This document shows, one piece after another, positions 61,057-64,000 of a stretch of DNA of 64,000 nucleotides. This DNA comes from Minutocellus sp. GHC0000111 (Eukaryota). Each line of letters opens with the position of its first letter. The stretch's first letter is position 1. The translations under genes were made by a program, and so were the position numbers. The notes beneath the pieces were generated by a model. The model did no database searches. It was not told the DNA's origin and saw only the letters and a program-made list of their open reading frames with translations. Location of the stretch: positions 3,534,001 to 3,598,000 of the forward strand of contig OZ361256.1 in the NCBI GenBank assembly GCA_977018835.1. The letters run 5' to 3'.

Positions 61057-64000
61057 TTACAAGATAACATCGCTGGCCGAGAAAGCATCTTGCCGTCGCT
61101 TCTCTGCCGATCGCCGCCAGCAATAGGTAGCGACGCCGCAGAGGACAAAAAGGCCCACAATTAAAAGCAAAAAGGTCGTCATGTTTGTAATACCGCTATT
61201 TCCATAACCACCGTATTTTCCTGCTCGTCCATACGGAGTCCAACCGTCCTCACCAGCATCATAGCTGCATATTTTCTCTAGATGCTCGACTGAGCAACTT
61301 GTATCCTTCGTTTGCGTTGAGTTTTCATCATGGTTGCCATTAAATATATCGTTCTGTGAGAATAGATTTCCAACAAAGCTGTGATAATTAGGGAGGACCT
61401 CACTCAGATCACTTTCCTTAACTCCAAACCAACGAACGATGGCAGTCCAAACAGAGTCATAACTTAGTGTTGGCAGCACTCTCCCTCGACCAAGATTTAG
61501 ATGGCTATCATCCGTCAGATCGCTGGGATACTTTCCAAGAATTCGGCCGCCTTTCACAGATCCACCTATAACGAATGAATTGCCACCTGGTTTCGGTACA
61601 AGATTTGGAGACAAGAGAAAAAATAAAAGATGGTTAGGGGGATAGGTTCACGTACATTTTTCAAATGCGACTCAAAGACTTTTATGATTCAATCGATGCT
61701 ACCCCAACCGTGATCTGAGCCGCCACGGGAATTAGGTGTTAAAGTTCTGCCAAAGTCACTATGCATCATCAACACTACGTCCTCAAACATGCCCTGATAT
61801 TTCATCTCTTTCACAAATGAAGTTATGCTATCGTCAAGCTCTTGGAAATTCTCCCCAAGGCGCTTCTCCGTCGAATCGTGGGTGTCCCACCCACCGCTCT
61901 TGACATAGAATACCTCTCTCTCGACACCACGGCATCTCCGTGTGGAGATCAACAGGGCTACCGTTTCCAGCTGCCTGGAAATAGAGTCCCTGGAAAAGTC
62001 GATACTTGTCTCAAAATCTTGGAGTGTATTGTAAATTAGAGCATTCTCGCTCAAGCTGTCGGTAATTATGCGGCTCCAAGTTTCCCCCATCATTGACGAC
62101 CGCCACGATGTGGCATCATTGAGTCTTCGAACTGCAGCCTTGAATAGGCCCGAAATAGGCATTGGAGCGAAATTTTCATTGTTCTTCTCATTGACGACCA
62201 TTGGCCTAGCAATCTGTCCGGTAGAGGCTTCTGACACTTCGTCTACTGCAACGTTTCCCGTCCTAAAGCCTGACCGACTCATTACATCAGCAAGTCGTCC
62301 AAGAACACCAGTTCCACTGAAATTTCGATAGGCGTCAACCTTCTTGACCTCACTTTGCATGTGTTCATGAGAATATAAATTCATTTTCAATTTTCTCACA
62401 TCTTTAGCGCGCGAAAAAGGCTTCGGAAGCATACCAATATTTGCCAGAAAAAGGGCTGATTCTTCCGAATATAGGGTATGTAGGCCTTTCAGCGCAGGGT
62501 GCAAGCCAAAGGATGAACATGGCTGAGCTGTGTTGTTGGATTCGATCGGTAGTAGATCATCCTTATCAATCGCAAGATAGTTCCGAACGGTAGCGTATTC
62601 AGCATATAGATCCTTCCCGATTCGATCCTCACATCCTGAGTGAGGAATAAGCATGTTCTGAGAATCAACTGCCCCCTCCAACATAATTACAACCACAGCT
62701 TTGTATGGACGACAGGTTGTCGCGACATTGGCAGATTTTCTTTCTTTCTTAATCGACTTTGGAACGGCGCTTGTACCGGTATACTCTGGCGTAGTCACTA
62801 TCAGCTGTTGCGCCATGCGAAGGGCGGCTTCCTTGTCCAACTCTCTTCGATACATGTCTATCATAATGTCTCTATTCTCTCTACTGAGACGTCCAGAAGT
62901 TAGAAGAGTCGCCAATTCGTCCACGATTTCTTCTGCAGTTGCAGCAGTGGGCTTGTACCGCAGTCGACCTTGAGAGCGGGAATATTCGCCTTCGGAAAGC
63001 CTCGAACACCCTTGGGTTGGCCTATCGCCGAGTCCATAATCACATGATGTAAGGCCAAAGTTGACAAGAGAAAACATTGCATTCATAGACGCCACTACAG
63101 ATGACATGGCCATCAGTTGTGCTTCCGGAGCAACTAGTGAGGCATCGGCAAGTGGTCCGAATGGAGAATAATGCGGCAACATGAATGAAAAGACCGTGGG
63201 AGATTCAAATGCCATCTGACCGATTCTATCCTGCACGCCATGAAGTTTGATAAGCTCGTGACCTGGATTTGCCTCGAACTGCATACTTCTCATAAATCCC
63301 AAGAGAAATAAAATAGGCTCCTTCAGGGCGCCATGCGAAGGATCGGCGTCAAGAACAACCGCCCTGGACTCTCGGTCCAATAGAATTGCAGCCACGGTCG
63401 CACCGATGGACCCAAGCCGACCGTCGCCAAAGGCAATACTCTGTTGATTACTCGAGGAAGTGAACGTGTAGGTACCAGTCTTGAACGCTGTCGCAACTGT
63501 CTCGACAAAACGCGGCGATGGATTGCTTATGCCAAATCGTTGAATTAGACGAGTGGCTATGAATGGAGCCGTGTTTTCATGATGTAAATAGGAATTCAAT
63601 ATTGCATCTGTTTCATACATGGCATCCTTGGGCTGAGGATCAAAAGAAGGCATAAATTTTGGCGGATTACGAAAGGAGAGAGACCCTCTCTCATTTCCAA
63701 CACGAACCGATGATATTGTGTTCTTCAGAGAAAGTTGCCCCTGGACTTCATCTTTCACAAAAAAAAACTGAGGCAGGTCCAACCCCAGGACCAGCGGATA
63801 GAAAATGGTAGGTAACTATGCCATTTCCTTTGTCCTCAATGTAGGTACCATTACCATAGTTCGTAGGATCGATGTGACCAATGAAAAGCTCGCTCAGGGC
63901 CTCTTCTTTCGTTGGCATTCCAGAAAATACTTGCTCTTCTGTAACTTCAATATCACAGAGACATTCATCGTCATTCAGAGGCCTGCAAAAGCTAGAATCT
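61057..64000 (-). CDS. DUF1800-DUF1501 fusion protein with C-terminal TM helix (5' end outside window)
   Basis: HENTAPFIATRLIQRFGISNPSPRFV, LKEP, SPTVFSF; MLEGAVDS, FGLHP, LYSHEHMQ, GGWDTH, SDFGRTL, GSDHGWGGN across intron 61702-61587; +1 frameshift at A9 63759-63767. Confidence 0.88.

Overview
Eukaryotic nuclear DNA, almost certainly from a diatom: stramenopile-type 18S/5.8S/28S, short GT-AG introns, bipartite plastid presequences and a DUF1800-DUF1501 fusion. It holds about 20 ordinary protein genes (COG0523/CobW GTPase, Tousled-like kinase, Prp43, carotenoid oxygenase, HhH-GPD glycosylase, Vta1, MscS and others). Two things stand out. (1) A solitary rDNA unit (~4.8-11.9 kb) and an adjacent transposon-like relic carry dense TpA->TpG/CpA substitutions, i.e. 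A:T->G:C on both strands, apparently favouring TAY. They hit universally conserved rRNA positions including the sarcin-ricin loop and fade sharply at the edges of the domain. This looks like a repeat-targeted adenine hypermutation system, the mirror image of fungal RIP. (2) A ~7.7 kb Mutator-like transposon with degenerate TIRs carries an AlkB 2OG-Fe(II) dioxygenase-SRA/YDG fusion tail-to-tail with its transposase, a candidate transposon-encoded epigenetic counter-defence. Many genes also carry frameshifts, a nonsense codon or tandem duplications, indicating a decaying haplotype and/or assembly error. All family assignments and rRNA comparisons are from recalled motifs and consensus sequences; no searches were run.
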